A stretch of DNA of 63,315 nt, counting the filler, from Intoshia linei (lineage: Eukaryota; Animalia; Orthonectida): assembly GCA_001642005.1 (NCBI GenBank). It is 6 parts of 6 records of this genome, joined end to end, with 100 filler letters (N's around TTAATTAATTAA, not from the genome) between each part and the next. Parts side by side here need not be neighbours in the genome. Positions count along the whole stretch, not along the records: positions 35,537 to 51,195 come from LWCA01000900.1; positions 51,296 to 62,068 come from LWCA01001236.1; 4 more parts are not named here. The stretch is one strand, 5' to 3'. The notes below the pieces were generated by a model that worked only from the letters and a program-made list of their open reading frames with translations, did not search any database and was not told the origin of the DNA. The translations under genes and the position numbers were made by a program. This document shows, piece by piece, positions 39,601-53,169 of this stretch. Each line of letters opens with the position of its first letter. Within the stretch, counting starts at the first letter, position 1.

Positions 39601-41689
39601 GATTTAAGTTTCAAACATAAAGTTAAATTACTGCCAAATTTATCTATTTCTATTTATTAATTTAACATTTTTAAATATTAAATATTTTAATATGTAAATA
39701 TTAACACTATGCAACGCATGTGTGCATACAATTTGAAATTGTTCTGCTATAAAAAATTGAAAATTTATATTTTCAATGGATTGTAAATGACAATTTTACT
39801 ATTACATTGACTGTAACACCATGCTATATTTGTTATTTTTTAGATACTTTATATGCAGTAGTATAATTATGATTATTTAAAAACCTTAAAAATGAATATA
39901 TTTTGTAATAATAATTATCTACATACTAATTATTGTATAGTATGAAATTATAAATTTATGAATTTTCACGATTTAAACATCAGCTTTCTGAAAAATTTAA
40001 TTTTCGAAAAACACATTTTCTTTTTGGTAGATTTAAATGGAAAAAATTATTAATTTCAGTATAAAAGACTTAAGGGATACTTTGCTATTTTACCGTATAT
40101 TACATATTTACATACATCGTATTAAAAATACATATTTATATATAGTCATTTTTTTGCGACAACTATATAATTCATTAACCAAAATAAACGAAGTGCAATG
40201 ACTCTCAATGTTATCCATATAATAATTTAATTTAAAAATATTAATAATGTATTTCATTAGAAAACTGTAAAGTTGATAATCACTTCCAAATAGTTGACTT
40301 GTATTTGAGATTAATGTATATAAATATAGAATAACATTACTAATGCATTTTAAAAATAAAAATGTAATTAATTAATTTAAAATCCAATAAATACTGTTAA
40401 ATGGTAGAGTAATTTTAAAAATAAAAATATAATTAAATTGCATAAATTTCTTCAAGTGTAAAAATATGAATAGTATTATGAATTGTATTTTTGATTTATA
40501 TAGAATAAAATAGTAAGCTGCGATTGAATTGAGAATATAAAATATATTTGAGAGTAGAATACATAAAATGATTCAGTATTTATTAATATGTAATGTCGAG
40601 ATATAAAAACTGGTATTTTAGTCTGTAATCACTGAAATGAAAAAAATCATAATTAAGAATTTGTATGTGAGATGAAACATCAAGTATTCTAGTAAAGAAT
40701 GTCTTGAGAAATACATTACTTATTGTTCCTGTAAATTCTTTCGATATTACATGTATTTTATTGATATAAATCAATCAAGCTGAACTTGGATTCTTAGATA
40801 ATTCTTCAACTTTTACTTTGTCATTTTTTGGAAAAAAATATTATTGAAGATTAAAATTACATGAAGATATTTCAATATATTTTAATTTATTTGATTTCCT
40901 TTTCATTGGTTTTTTGTACGGTAAATAATATTATTTTGTCGTTTAATTTTTATCATCTTAATTTTAAATATTTAGAATTCATTAAATTTTGAATGTCAAG
41001 AAGGTAATTTTTAATTTTGTTTATATTAAAAAAATTTTTTCTAATTTCTCATAATATTAATTATATTTTATTGCTATTTACATTATTGTTATTTATTTTA
41101 ATTGTTCTAAGTTCAACGAAATTATTCATAAATAAAGAAAAAAATTATGCATAAAGTACTATTATAATAGTATGTATAAGTGAAAATTTTATTTTTGATA
41201 ATGCATTAAATGTATTAAATTCTTACATGTTCTAGATTCATGGTACTAGATATATTCTGTAAAAAATGTTGATTCATCTCATACATCGGGGTTTACAAAA
41301 AACATAATGCTAAATCAGCATCTAAATATATTCCAAATTGGTCGCCACAGAGTCCTGCCTTAAAACATCATCGAAAATTTTAGAGTTAACTGAAGAAAAG
41401 GGTTCGACAAAAATATCGCCAAAATTTGTCGTCACTATGAAGAACCACGAAACACGAATTTCCTAGCAGATTATATTGTATAACATCAGATAAGGCGAAA
41501 ATACTTAGCTCTGACAATATTATAAACATATAAAGATATTAAACACTTACACAACATATTTAATTGATTTTGAGTTTTAATTATTAAATTAATCATAGAT
41601 GCTCAAACACATCAAACATTAAAATTGATCTAATTTAATAATATTTAATTTAAACATGAAGTAATTGCGCAGCAATTGTGAATTTTAGT

Positions 41690-41860
41690 TAAATTAAATA
41701 AGTTAGATTCAAACAAATTCCCAATATTATATCATTCTCTAACCAACGCTCCTTCTACATCTGTCAGCGTAGAAAGAACTTTTAGTCGGTTAAAAAATGG
41801 TAACTAAACAAAGATCATTAACACTTGACAATATATAAAAATACATAATTTTCTATCCCA
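41690..41860 (+). pseudogene. degenerate hAT-like transposase C-terminal fragment
   Basis: LYHSLTNAPSTSVSVERTFSRLK (S-x-x-x-E-R-x-F-S dimerisation motif) followed by a frameshift and stop. Confidence 0.55.
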
Positions 41861-42286
41861 CCAATAAATACTCTATTAATTATCCATCTGCATAATTTAC
41901 TTTTCTTCATTTAAATTAATATTGGATACTGAAGTATTAAAGACTTTTATTAAAGGTACTGGATATAGAAAGTTAATTTTTTTAGAGACAAAATATTTTT
42001 GGAAATATTTTGAATTTTCAAATGGTACGAAATATAAATATATAAAAAATACATGTAAAAAATTAAAAATAATCAATTGAAGTTAACAAGATCAAATTAA
42101 AGATTTATACAAAAAATTTTTTCTAAATTTACTATTATAAATATTAGCTACTATATTAGCTATTATAATAGCTAAAAGTTACTAAAAATCAGTCGTTAGG
42201 TTATTTAAAATTTTTCTACAGTAATAATATATATTCAGTACCAATTATGTATTTATAATTAACGGAATCAGCACTTTATAAACATA

Positions 42287-43586
42287 CTAGCTTGGCTGTT
42301 TTATACTACGTACAAACAGCACCTAGCTCTGCCGAGGGCACTCTTTTATTATACTAAAAAAATAAATTCACGTTAAAAATCTAACTTAAAAATTTTACAA
42401 TTAACTATTATCAATCTTTTAAAGGAGTGGTTCCCAAATTTGTTTCAGGTGGAACCGTCATATCACATTACTTTTTACTTTAAAGTGAATTATTCCATCT
42501 TAATTTTTTTTGTTAACATTTGCGTAAATAATTTTAATAATAATTGTTATCCCATTTTTTTGAATTTATTAGACAGAATGTGTGTATAATATTAAAAATA
42601 AAGTAAAAAAAGTCCATTCATAAATAGCATAAATTCTAGAAATAATAAAATTATAAAAACATATTTTGTCATTTTCAATGTGATAATATATATTTAGAAC
42701 CAATTTAATAAATACTTACAAATACCAATTGTATATCAATAATTAACCGAATCTTCACTTTATAAACATATTTTAGTCGAATTTTACCAAATATTACAAA
42801 GGATTGTAATAACTATAAAAATGATATTAACAAAGTTGTTTTTGTTTCGTTGTTTAGATTTTATTTAAATTTTATTAAAAATTTTTTGAAAATTAAAATT
42901 TAAAATTTAAAAATTGCGTAGCAATAAAAAAAGTTCCGAAGGAATGAATTATATAGATTTTCACCCATAAAATTATAGGATCAATATTTACATTTTCAAT
43001 TTATGATTTTATTCGAAATAATTGAAAAATATTGCTTAATAATATATTAAAAATTATTTTTCACTGGGAATGCGTAGATTTCTGGAGTTAAAATTTTGTA
43101 TTTGTATCAACTGGAATAAGCTCTATTAGAATAATACTTTTTTTAAATGTTTGGACAGTTTATTATTTCATATTTTTTTATGTGTGGTAACATGATACAA
43201 CTCTACCACCTGTAAATTTTTTGAAGTTCTAGGGCTGTTTTTAAAAATTAAAAAAAGGAAGGGAATTTGCGGTTTTGGCCATGAAAGTATAATTTTTTTA
43301 AATTTAAATTTATGATAATGTTTATGATTTTAAAATCACCATCAGCGTATATATTTTTTTAAATTCTCCAACTCGTTTAATTATAAAAAAGAGGGACAAC
43401 AGGGGTTTTTGACTTTTAAGATGAAAAATTGGGAGGTTGAAATTTATGTTCTTATACGACCCGAAAAAAACTGAAATTGAAATGTGGTCTTTAAAAAATT
43501 CTAAGAATGCTAGTTAATTCAAAAAAGTAACACACACAGACAGACACACACAAACAAAAATCGCGTCGCATTTATATAAGTTAGTG
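42287..43586 (-). mobile_element. apparently full-length non-autonomous Helitron (~1.3 kb)
   Basis: Minus-strand 3' end is the hairpin CTGTTTGTACGTAGTATAAAACAG followed by CCAAG-CTAG|T; the 5' end is a decayed TCCTTACTTATATAA plus (GT/GTCT)n; no TIR or TSD. Confidence 0.75.
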
Positions 43587-44664
43587 TAATATAGTGATAT
43601 AAATATAAAAATAGTGGTTGAATATATATTAAAATTTATTTTTCAGCGGGTATGCGTAGATTTCTGGGGTTGAAATGAACAACACAAATTTTTACTTTTA
43701 TAATATAACCATTAGAAAACGTACTATATTAAATTTGGAGAAGAATGATATATCTCATTGTTTCAATTAAGACAGTCAAATATGTTTAATTATAATTAAA
43801 CATATTACATGGATAAATATTCAATTAAAAATTAAAAATAAAATTATAGTTTAAATTTACTATTTTGCGAATAAACAAATTTTCACTTTAACATATAAAT
43901 ATATTTAACATAACATGTAAAATAATATAAAATGCCTATATGATATCCATTGAATATTATTTGACATTATTGATAGTAACGTAATCGTGGGTATAACTCA
44001 TAAAAATGAAGTTATAAATACATTCGGTAACGAGATGATAATGATGTTAACATTGTTAAGTGCTACCAGTAACTTCAATAGCGTACTACTAGAAACTTAT
44101 ATACCATACATAAATTTATGTAGAAAATGAATAAACATTATATATTATATGTATATTCATTCTAGATTGCATTGTAGTTAAGGATAGTTACTCTAATGTT
44201 GCTCTATCGTTAATAATATATGCGAATATTTAACCAGCGGTTTTATGTATATGTAGACTGCGATAATAAATTATGAACACTAAATATGATCTTTGAATAT
44301 ATTTGGAATTTAAAGGATAACATATTGATTAAAATATAATTTCTATTATTAAAATTATTATTAATGTAATTACACAATCTAACTTGGTATATATAAACTA
44401 TATATTGAAATATACATATTAAACACTAATTTGACATGTATGCAATCTTTATGACATAAAGCTATAAATTTGTCTAATAATGCAAAATTTTTTTTAACTG
44501 ATTAAATTTAAAACAAATATTTTTCTAAATCAAACTAAGTATTCACACAATTATGCTAAATCAAGAATTTTTAATCCATAAGTAAATTCATTTGTTGTTG
44601 TCTAATGTAATTAATTAGATAATTATTCTTCGATTATTATTATATGACATATAAAAACTATTAG

Positions 44665-47600
44665 GTTGGACATTAAAAGATTTCAAATGTTTAAAATACT
44701 ACATTGAAAAGGCAACATGGAAGAAAGCATTGGATATATGCTCAAAGTAATCAATTTAATTAATTAATTAGTTTTTTGAGTTTTGATTATTGGAATATTT
44801 GGTTTAAATCAATTTAGTATTTAATTGTGAATTTTAGTGAAGGAGCAGTTTTAGTTAAAATTATTGGTGAGCAACAAAATGAAGCAATTTTTCAATTTGC
44901 TGAAAGTCAAGATACTGCAGTTACTAACTATTGGATAGGTATAATATTGATAATGTAACGTAGTGACTAAGACGCATGCCAGGGAACAAACAATGTCTAC
45001 CTACATGAGTCTAATGTATAGTAACAGTTAAAATAACAGTCTACATGAGAAAAAAATATTAACTTTTTTAAATAATGTTTTTCAGTTGAATGAGCATTAG
45101 AATGTCAAACCTATCAAGAATAAAGGACGGTTAACTTGAGAATGGTGTATTTTAGTGAAAATCAATTAATATAAAATTTTATTTGATAAAGATGTGTAAT
45201 ACACATTGTGTATTCGAGTTGCTTTAAACAAAAAACTAATAACAAATTAATACATATTATTTTTTATATTAATTATAATTTAATACATATTAAATTTTAT
45301 ATTAATTNNNNNNNNNNNNNNNNNNNNNNNTTTATATTAATTTTAATTTAATTTTATTTTCATCAGTTTAAAAAAATAGACGATTTAGAGAGTTGAAAAT
45401 TCAATTTTTGAAACATGAAGTGATTATCAATTTAAAAAACCATGTGTTCAGCATCCAATAAATATATAAATATTGTTCATTAATTATAATTATTGGCGTA
45501 AAGTATGTTCTCTAAATTTAAGAAATTAAATCTTTAAAAAAATAGATGAAATACAGCTAGAACCAAATTTAAAAAAATATTTGTGTAGCTACAAATGGGA
45601 TTAACATATTAAGTTGTGTAACATGACAATTCAATATAATGCTGTTAAAAAAAATAAGTCATTTTTTCATTTTATATACTATTTTTAATCGTTTAGTAAA
45701 AATTATAAACGCAACAAAGAGAATAACATTATATATTTACTGATTTTTAATTTTAATAAATATTGTTTTTATTTTAAAAATACACACCGTTAGTACTAAT
45801 CGTCCCTCAAATTCTAAAATTTTACCAAAAATTGACACCATAATGAGCATACCTTAAAGATTTTTATAATACTCAAATGAACCTTGTTTACTCATGGAAT
45901 CTATTTATTTTATTATTTTTATTTTAACAAATGTACTTGTTGGGATGAATATTTTTCAAAATCCAGTAAAACGGAAACTCATGAATAGATTATGACCCTT
46001 ATCAAGCATACCTCGTACTTCACTCGTGAAATATTATATTAATAGATTAATAAAAAATTTTTAATTTAAAATCATAAACATTTACCTATGTAACTAATAT
46101 TCCAATAGGTATGAACAGAGTAGATTTAAGCGACAAAACATCTTTTCGATGGTCAAATGGAGATGTAATTAATACACTGTCAGTTGGTTTTTGGTCAAAA
46201 AATCAACCCATAACTGATTCAACTACTAACGAAGATTGTGTTATTATTGAAAAAAGCAACGCAATGTATATTTATCCATACGCGTTTAAATTTATAAGCT
46301 GTGAATTGACAAATGCATTTATTTGTGAAAAGAAAATAATTTGTTTGATTGGTATAATTTATTATATAATTATTTATTAGTTCCATTTTAATAAAAATTA
46401 TTATTAGGTTATTTTCCATGTAATCAAGGTAAATGTATTAAAAATGAATTTAAATGCGACGGGGTTAATGATTGTGACGATGGATTGGATGAACTAAACT
46501 GTCGTAATTATTTTAAATATAAAACTACAGACATGTAATGTTAATAATCATATTTAGAGCTTATCAACGGAGTAACACAATTTTACCAGCAATATACAGA
46601 AAGCCCAGGACAAATAACGTTTAGCCAAGCCACCGAATCTGTTAGGCATATTTGGCACATATTGACAGGCATAAATAACAGAATATCATTGAATGTATTT
46701 ATTATTTGTTAAAATTGAATAATTTTTAGATGACAACATTAACGTCATCAACTGGAATTGATACCCTTATCATTAGAAGTGGGTCGCAAAGTATTGTGGA
46801 CGGACAGATTATTGCTGTATATACTGGTACATTAATTGGTTATGAAAAAAATATATACAGCATTGATAATAATATAATTATGGAATACATTAAAAGTCCA
46901 TCGTCCAACGATTTAACATTTAGTGCAGATTATAAGTGGATATCAGGTATTATATTTTGTCAGTTGTTTAATAAAATTCAGACACATCTATAAATCAAGC
47001 AAAAATTCAAAGAATAACAGCTCAAGATTCTGATCAGGTTATAGAATATTCTAATGATGGAAAAACATTTTATGGAGATAAAGAAAAGATATGGATTATT
47101 TCTGTTGATACTGGATCACTTATAACTATAAAAGTAATTTATTGTTGTTAATTTCGTTCACGTGGTGAATTGAGTGTTTGGTTGGTTTGTTAATTCCTTT
47201 AATTTTTAATAGAAAAACGTAAAATGCTGCACAGTTAAATAAGTAAAATTATTAACTACCACTTCTCAAATGATGCTACAAATAATTACTAATAATAATA
47301 AATTATAATTATACTAGCTTGACTGTTATATACTTTGCACAAATAAAGTGCAAAAGTGAATAATTTTGAAAACAATATAATTATAGTTACAACCATAAAA
47401 ATCGTCATAGGCAACATGAATTCAAGAAGAAATAAAAATTTAAATTTAAATATCTGTAGTATCTACTTTTATCTTCTATCATGCATTTCGGATGAAGAAA
47501 TATTACCCACATTGAAATAAAATTTATTATAATAAATTATAATATATACATTTTTTTTATTATTTACTTTTTTGGATTTATTATATGCAACAAATTTAAT

Positions 47601-50600
47601 AAATACTTAAATTAGATGTTCATTTGACCTTAATAGAGGTGGCCACAGTCAGATTTGAGTTTATTACAGTCAGATGTAGTTAATTAAGCATCAAAGTGAA
47701 ATAATTATTATAAACTATTTAAAATCAAACAATTCTTTCATTATAACAATAATTAATCCAAACTAACGTAGTCGATTTTGTAGCAGTTAAAGATGCATTT
47801 AAATTTAATTATAATAGTCCCTTCCTACAAGTAACACCTTGAACATGAAAATTTACTTCTTATAAATAAAAGTAAGTAATCTAAAGTAATCTATAAGTAA
47901 CATTCTCGGGTAAATCAATATTACAAAAATTTATAGGAATGGCAAATGTATGGCAGAGTTGCAAAAAAGTAAATTTAACAGGGATGTTAAGGGTTGGCCA
48001 AATTTTTCAAATCAATTTTTGGGTGTTTATTGGCAATTTTTGAAACCATTTTTTTAATACGTATTGGTAATTTTTGTGTGTAAATTAAAAATAATGCCCT
48101 ACTGCATATTCTTTTACATTTACCAGGATTGCTAAGGGTTGGCCAAATTTTTCAAATCAATTTTTGTGTTCTTATGGCAATTTTTGAATATAGAATATTA
48201 ATAACTTACAAAACAATTTTGTTATATATACCAGGGTTGTTTCGGGCGGGTCGGTTTGGGGTTTGAGTTTTTTTGACAAAATTTGACAAATCTTTTTTTC
48301 TCTTTAACCTATAATCATGGAAATTTTTAATGAAAACATATGCATGCGGGATAATATAAATTTATATTATATATATTTTGTATATCAGTGGTTCCCAAAA
48401 TTTTTCCACCATTTTATTTTATTTATTCATTCTTAATTTTATTTAAAATGTTTATTTTGGACCACTAGTGGTCCATGTGGATCACTTTAGGAAACCACTG
48501 ATATATGGACATAAATAGATTTATTTTATGAAAAATGTACTACATTGAAGAGTTTGAATGATGCACCTGATAATATGCCCCATAAATTTATTAACATTTA
48601 ATAATGTATTTATATATTTAGTTAACATTGTAAATTATACATTTTAGATTAACACTATTTATCTAATCTATGGATCTAGTCTTTCATTTTACAATGGAGA
48701 TTATTTGAAATCGAAGGGAACATTACTGGCTACCTATCAAGAAGTACAAAAAATAGCATCAACCATTACAGTTATATCTACATCTAACGAAATAACAATT
48801 ATATTTACAAACGATTACAATTATGAATCTTATTTTGATGCAGTTTATAATAAAGGTAAACCTAAACTGTAACTATTCAGTTGTTTGTAACGTTACCTTT
48901 TCTGGAAAGCAGATAATAATAAAATTTTTTTATATAAAAAAATGACTTAAGGGGATCGAAATAAAATGAACAATAGAACATTTCATTTTCCATATTTTTA
49001 ATTTAGATCAATAAAACTCGTATTATATTATAAAATCTCAACAAAATTTTATTTTTAGTTTATTCATGTAATGACTAAAAAAATTGTATTTTGGGATTAA
49101 TAAAGTTTACAATATTTGAATATATCTACAATTAGGATGTGGATATGATATGGTTATGTCATACGGTCAATTATCGTCTCCTGGATACGGAATTATCGTA
49201 TATCCTCCATTTGTTATGTGCAAGTGGACAATAAAACCAGAGAGCTATCCATACGCTGCTTCACTCACTTTAGAAATGACACTTTCTGCATATCAAATAT
49301 TCAGTGACGATAATTTAATTATTCGCAGAATTGATGCTGATCTTACGAAATCTATTTTATTTGATTCAAAAACAGATATGACCCCTGATACTCAAATTTT
49401 TGACGCATCTAATGGGTATTTTGAAATTGAATTTACGACAAATTCTATTAATCATGGAAAAGGATTCAAATTAGATTATGCCATAAATTGCAACCCAATA
49501 GTTCCCAATGCGAATACTAAAATGATACCAAATACATCTAGATTAGGAGATAAGCCTGTTTTCAGTTGTGATGTCGGATATTCATTTGAAGAATTTGTTT
49601 ATCAAGGCAAAATAACGTTTACAGGAGAATGTACTGAACAAGGATGGTCAATGTGCATAATACCAACCTGCACAAGTAAATTTTAATTAAACCTTTTCAT
49701 CATAGTATCTTAGAAAAAATTTGTGGTCATCCTCCGGTTTCAACCAATGTTTATTTGGTATCTAAAACTGGGATAACTTATGAATCAACAGCACAATATG
49801 TATGCAAAACAGGAACCATTATAGATACCACGGAAACTGCCGATTTAACCGCAACATGCACTGAGAGTGGGGCATGGACGCCGAGCCCTATTTGTAAACG
49901 TAAATAATTAGTTATAACATTATTATTTTAATTAATCTTAGCATCCGATTGTGTTCCAATTGTTATTACTAATGGTATCATTACTATATCACTTGGCACG
50001 AACCAAGAAATTGATTCTATTTCGGAAATATCATGCGATCCAGGATATTTTGTGAGTGGAGACACAATAGTGCAGTGCAAATCCACTGGATGGGTGCCAC
50101 CATTGCCTACATGTGAAAGTAATAATTGCAGTAAAATTATATACTAAACTATTATATTATTTAGAAATTACGTGTTTTGAAAGACAATTTTTACATACCA
50201 CAACCATGAACGCTGAAGAATTAATAGTAACACCTTTAAAATATAATGATCAACGAGAAATGAGTTGTTTGGATGGATTTTCAGAACAAAATCAAAATAC
50301 TTTTGTGACGTGTAATGCTGACGGAACATTAACAAATTTTGTCTGTATAGGTAATATAATAAAAATTATTTGAAGTAATAAAATAATATTAATAATATAA
50401 AAAATTCATAATTAGCAGAATTTTGTTAGAAACCTGAATATTTAAGTATTTTAAATTCTGTTAATTAAGTAATAAATTAATTAAAAAAAACTTGATACAC
50501 GTTCAAACTTTTTTATATTTGATTCATTTTTATAGATGATGACGACTGTGATCCGGAACCATGTGATGTTAATACATCAACTTGCCAAGATTTGACTGGA

Positions 50601-50896
50601 GGTTATAAATGTAACTGTAATCCCGGATATAAACCAACATTAATTGACTCTAATGTATGCGAAGGTAATTATAATTATAATTATGAACTTAAATTAATTA
50701 TTAGACATCGACGAATGCGCTGATCCTGGAACCTATGATTGCAGTCACAGTTGTAATAATGCTTCTGGATCCTTTCAATGCACTTGTCCAGATGATATGA
50801 TCATTTACAGCCTTAATTTACATAACATACCACTTGGAACAGATGAAACTGGATACGATTACGGAGATAATCCTAGAATAAATTACACATGCATAA
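44665..50896 (+). CDS. uninflatable-like multidomain extracellular protein (C-type lectin, LDLa, CUB x3, Sushi, EGF); partial at both ends
   Basis: [37 protein letters not shown] (CTL); [30 protein letters not shown] (LDLa); CUBs incl. [30 protein letters not shown]; Sushi repeats; cb[13 protein letters not shown].. and [13 protein letters not shown]. The domain order matches Drosophila Uninflatable. Confidence 0.8.
48386..48500. mobile_element. tiny hAT-like MITE in intron
   Basis: TIR CAGTGGTTCCCAAA / TTAGGAAACCACTG; no clear TSD. Confidence 0.55.
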
Positions 50897-51624
50897 GTAT
50901 ATATTTTTCATAACATAATACTATCCTATATCATAATGTATACCCTTAATAGGAGTGTAAGTACAATTTTTTATATTAAAAGTACACCCTCATCTTATGA
51001 GAAATTTTTGTGTCTCTAATTTTCTCCCAATCTTGCTTTACAATTCTTTAATAAAACGTTGGGCTATGCCTTTAAAGTTTTAAACATATTATCATTCATC
51101 GCAACTAATATTTATTAATTTTTTTAAAATTTTATTAATAAAACTATTTTTTTTCAATTTATTTTAATAAAATATAAATTTATATAAATATTAAANNNNN
51201 NNNNNNNNNNNNNNNNNNNNNNNNNNNNNNNNNNNNNNNTTAATTAATTAANNNNNNNNNNNNNNNNNNNNNNNNNNNNNNNNNNNNNNNNNNNNAGGTG
51301 TTGATACACTCGACTTTTTATGTAACGAATACAGTGTAAAAAGGAAGACCCTCTACTAAGTGAACATTTTAGACTCGAATATTTGAGTGTTCATCATTGT
51401 AGAAATGGTGAACAAAAAAATTATTGACAAAGTAACCGTAAAATTAAAGTTGATATTATAACAATTCACAAAAAAATATAACTTATTTAATTTTATATTT
51501 TACAAAGAAAACTAAATAATAAACATTATTATAATAATTATATCAATTCATTTTTTGTTTCTTTAGTAAAACCAAAGTAATTAGATATTTTTAATGATCT
51601 TGCAAATTTTTCAGACTTTATTTC

Positions 51625-52152
51625 CTGCTTTTTTTTTAAATTCTAGAGCTGTTTTCATTTTAAAAAAAAATGGTAAGGTGTGGTTTTGATTGTAAAAATT
51701 ATTTTTTTTGAGATTTTTATTGATGATTTTAAAAACTATCCAGAAATTATCTTTAAAAAAAATGTTAGAATATGTTTCATTTTTAAAATAAAGGATAATT
51801 TGGGGTTTTGACCATGAATGTATGTGTTTCTGAGGCTGAGATTAACGACAATGTTAATGCTTTCAAAACGCGTTCCAGAATGTATGTTTTATTAAATTTT
51901 TGGGTGTTTTTTTTAAACAAAAGGGGAAAATTGGTTTTTGATCTTGAACGACTTAAATTTGGAAACTGAAACATAGATATAAACACGTCCTGGGAAAAAC
52001 AGTATTAGAAATTGTGGTTTTTTAAATTTTTTCCTGCGACTGTCAATTTTTTCAATAAATTATTACTCTTATTCAATAAACTTTTTAAATTATTATTATT
52101 ATTAAAATAATAAATTACACACACAGACATTCATTTTTATATAAGTAAAGGA
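51625..52152 (-). mobile_element. non-autonomous Helitron, 5' portion (subfamily B)
   Basis: Minus-strand start A|TCCTTTACTTATATAAAAATGAATGTCTGTGTGT; collinear with 23780-24232. Confidence 0.7.
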
Positions 52153-53169
52153 TATACTTATAAGTAATGATTACATAAACATCTCACAATTACCAAAAAA
52201 CTTACCATTCACTTTTACCAATCCTTTATAGTAGCGTAAGCAACCTTTTTGAGGTCTAGATTAAAAAAATTTAATTTTTTAAAGATTAATCCCGCTCCCA
52301 AAAAATCTTACACTCCGGTTGCCACTGAAATAAAGGATAACACACTTACAAGTTTATTTTACTTTTTAGGATACCAAATTATTCAATGCTCACGGCACAA
52401 AAGCTTTTTTAAAATATATGAAAGAAACTGAAAATCGTATTCCTCAAGTAATTTTTTATTTCTGATCAAGTATAATTATAAACAAGTTGGTACCAGTTAT
52501 TGATCTAATACCTAAGATACAATGCTTAAATAATGGAAAAATTCTGATTGAGTCACGATAAGTTTGATAATTATTAATGATGAATAAATACATAAATAAA
52601 AAAAAATATAAATTAATATAGTATATAAAACCAAAGTGGTGACATGTTCTAAAGAAAATTTTTACCGAAAAGACGCGGTCTATGGGTAGCATTTTATTCA
52701 CCAGTAGTATAAAATTAAAAAAATAAAATTGATCTGAAAATTCTAATTAACGTGGAAAATAATAGCAGTTAAAAATTATCGAATTATCCACCAAATTGAT
52801 TTAAATTAATAGATATTGTATTTGTGGTGAAAACAAATTTAAAATATTAATTTTACGAGAATGCTGATGCAAGTTGCATCATACAACCATTTTTCCCATT
52901 TGCACAAGCAAATGAACCATCATTGCTTATAAGTTATAACTTATCCTTATAAATTAAAACTGTATTGTCTTAACCAACCTAGATATTAAAAAATGTGGAC
53001 CAACTTATAACTGAAAAATCATAAAATGTGTAATGTCAATAAATTTTAACTTATAATGACTTGCTATTAATCTAAAATACATTTATTATATTCTACAAAT
53101 AACGTCAATGACAACTGGCAAAGTCAATATATAGAAACAGAATAATTTAAAAATTGTTTTCAAATAGAA

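Noticed and set aside
47988-48188. ~55-bp direct duplication in an intron
   Set aside because: Probably transposon subterminal repeats; no evidence of function.
52370-52930. Possible minus-strand gene upstream of Rab4
   Set aside because: No consistent spliced frame or motif could be built.
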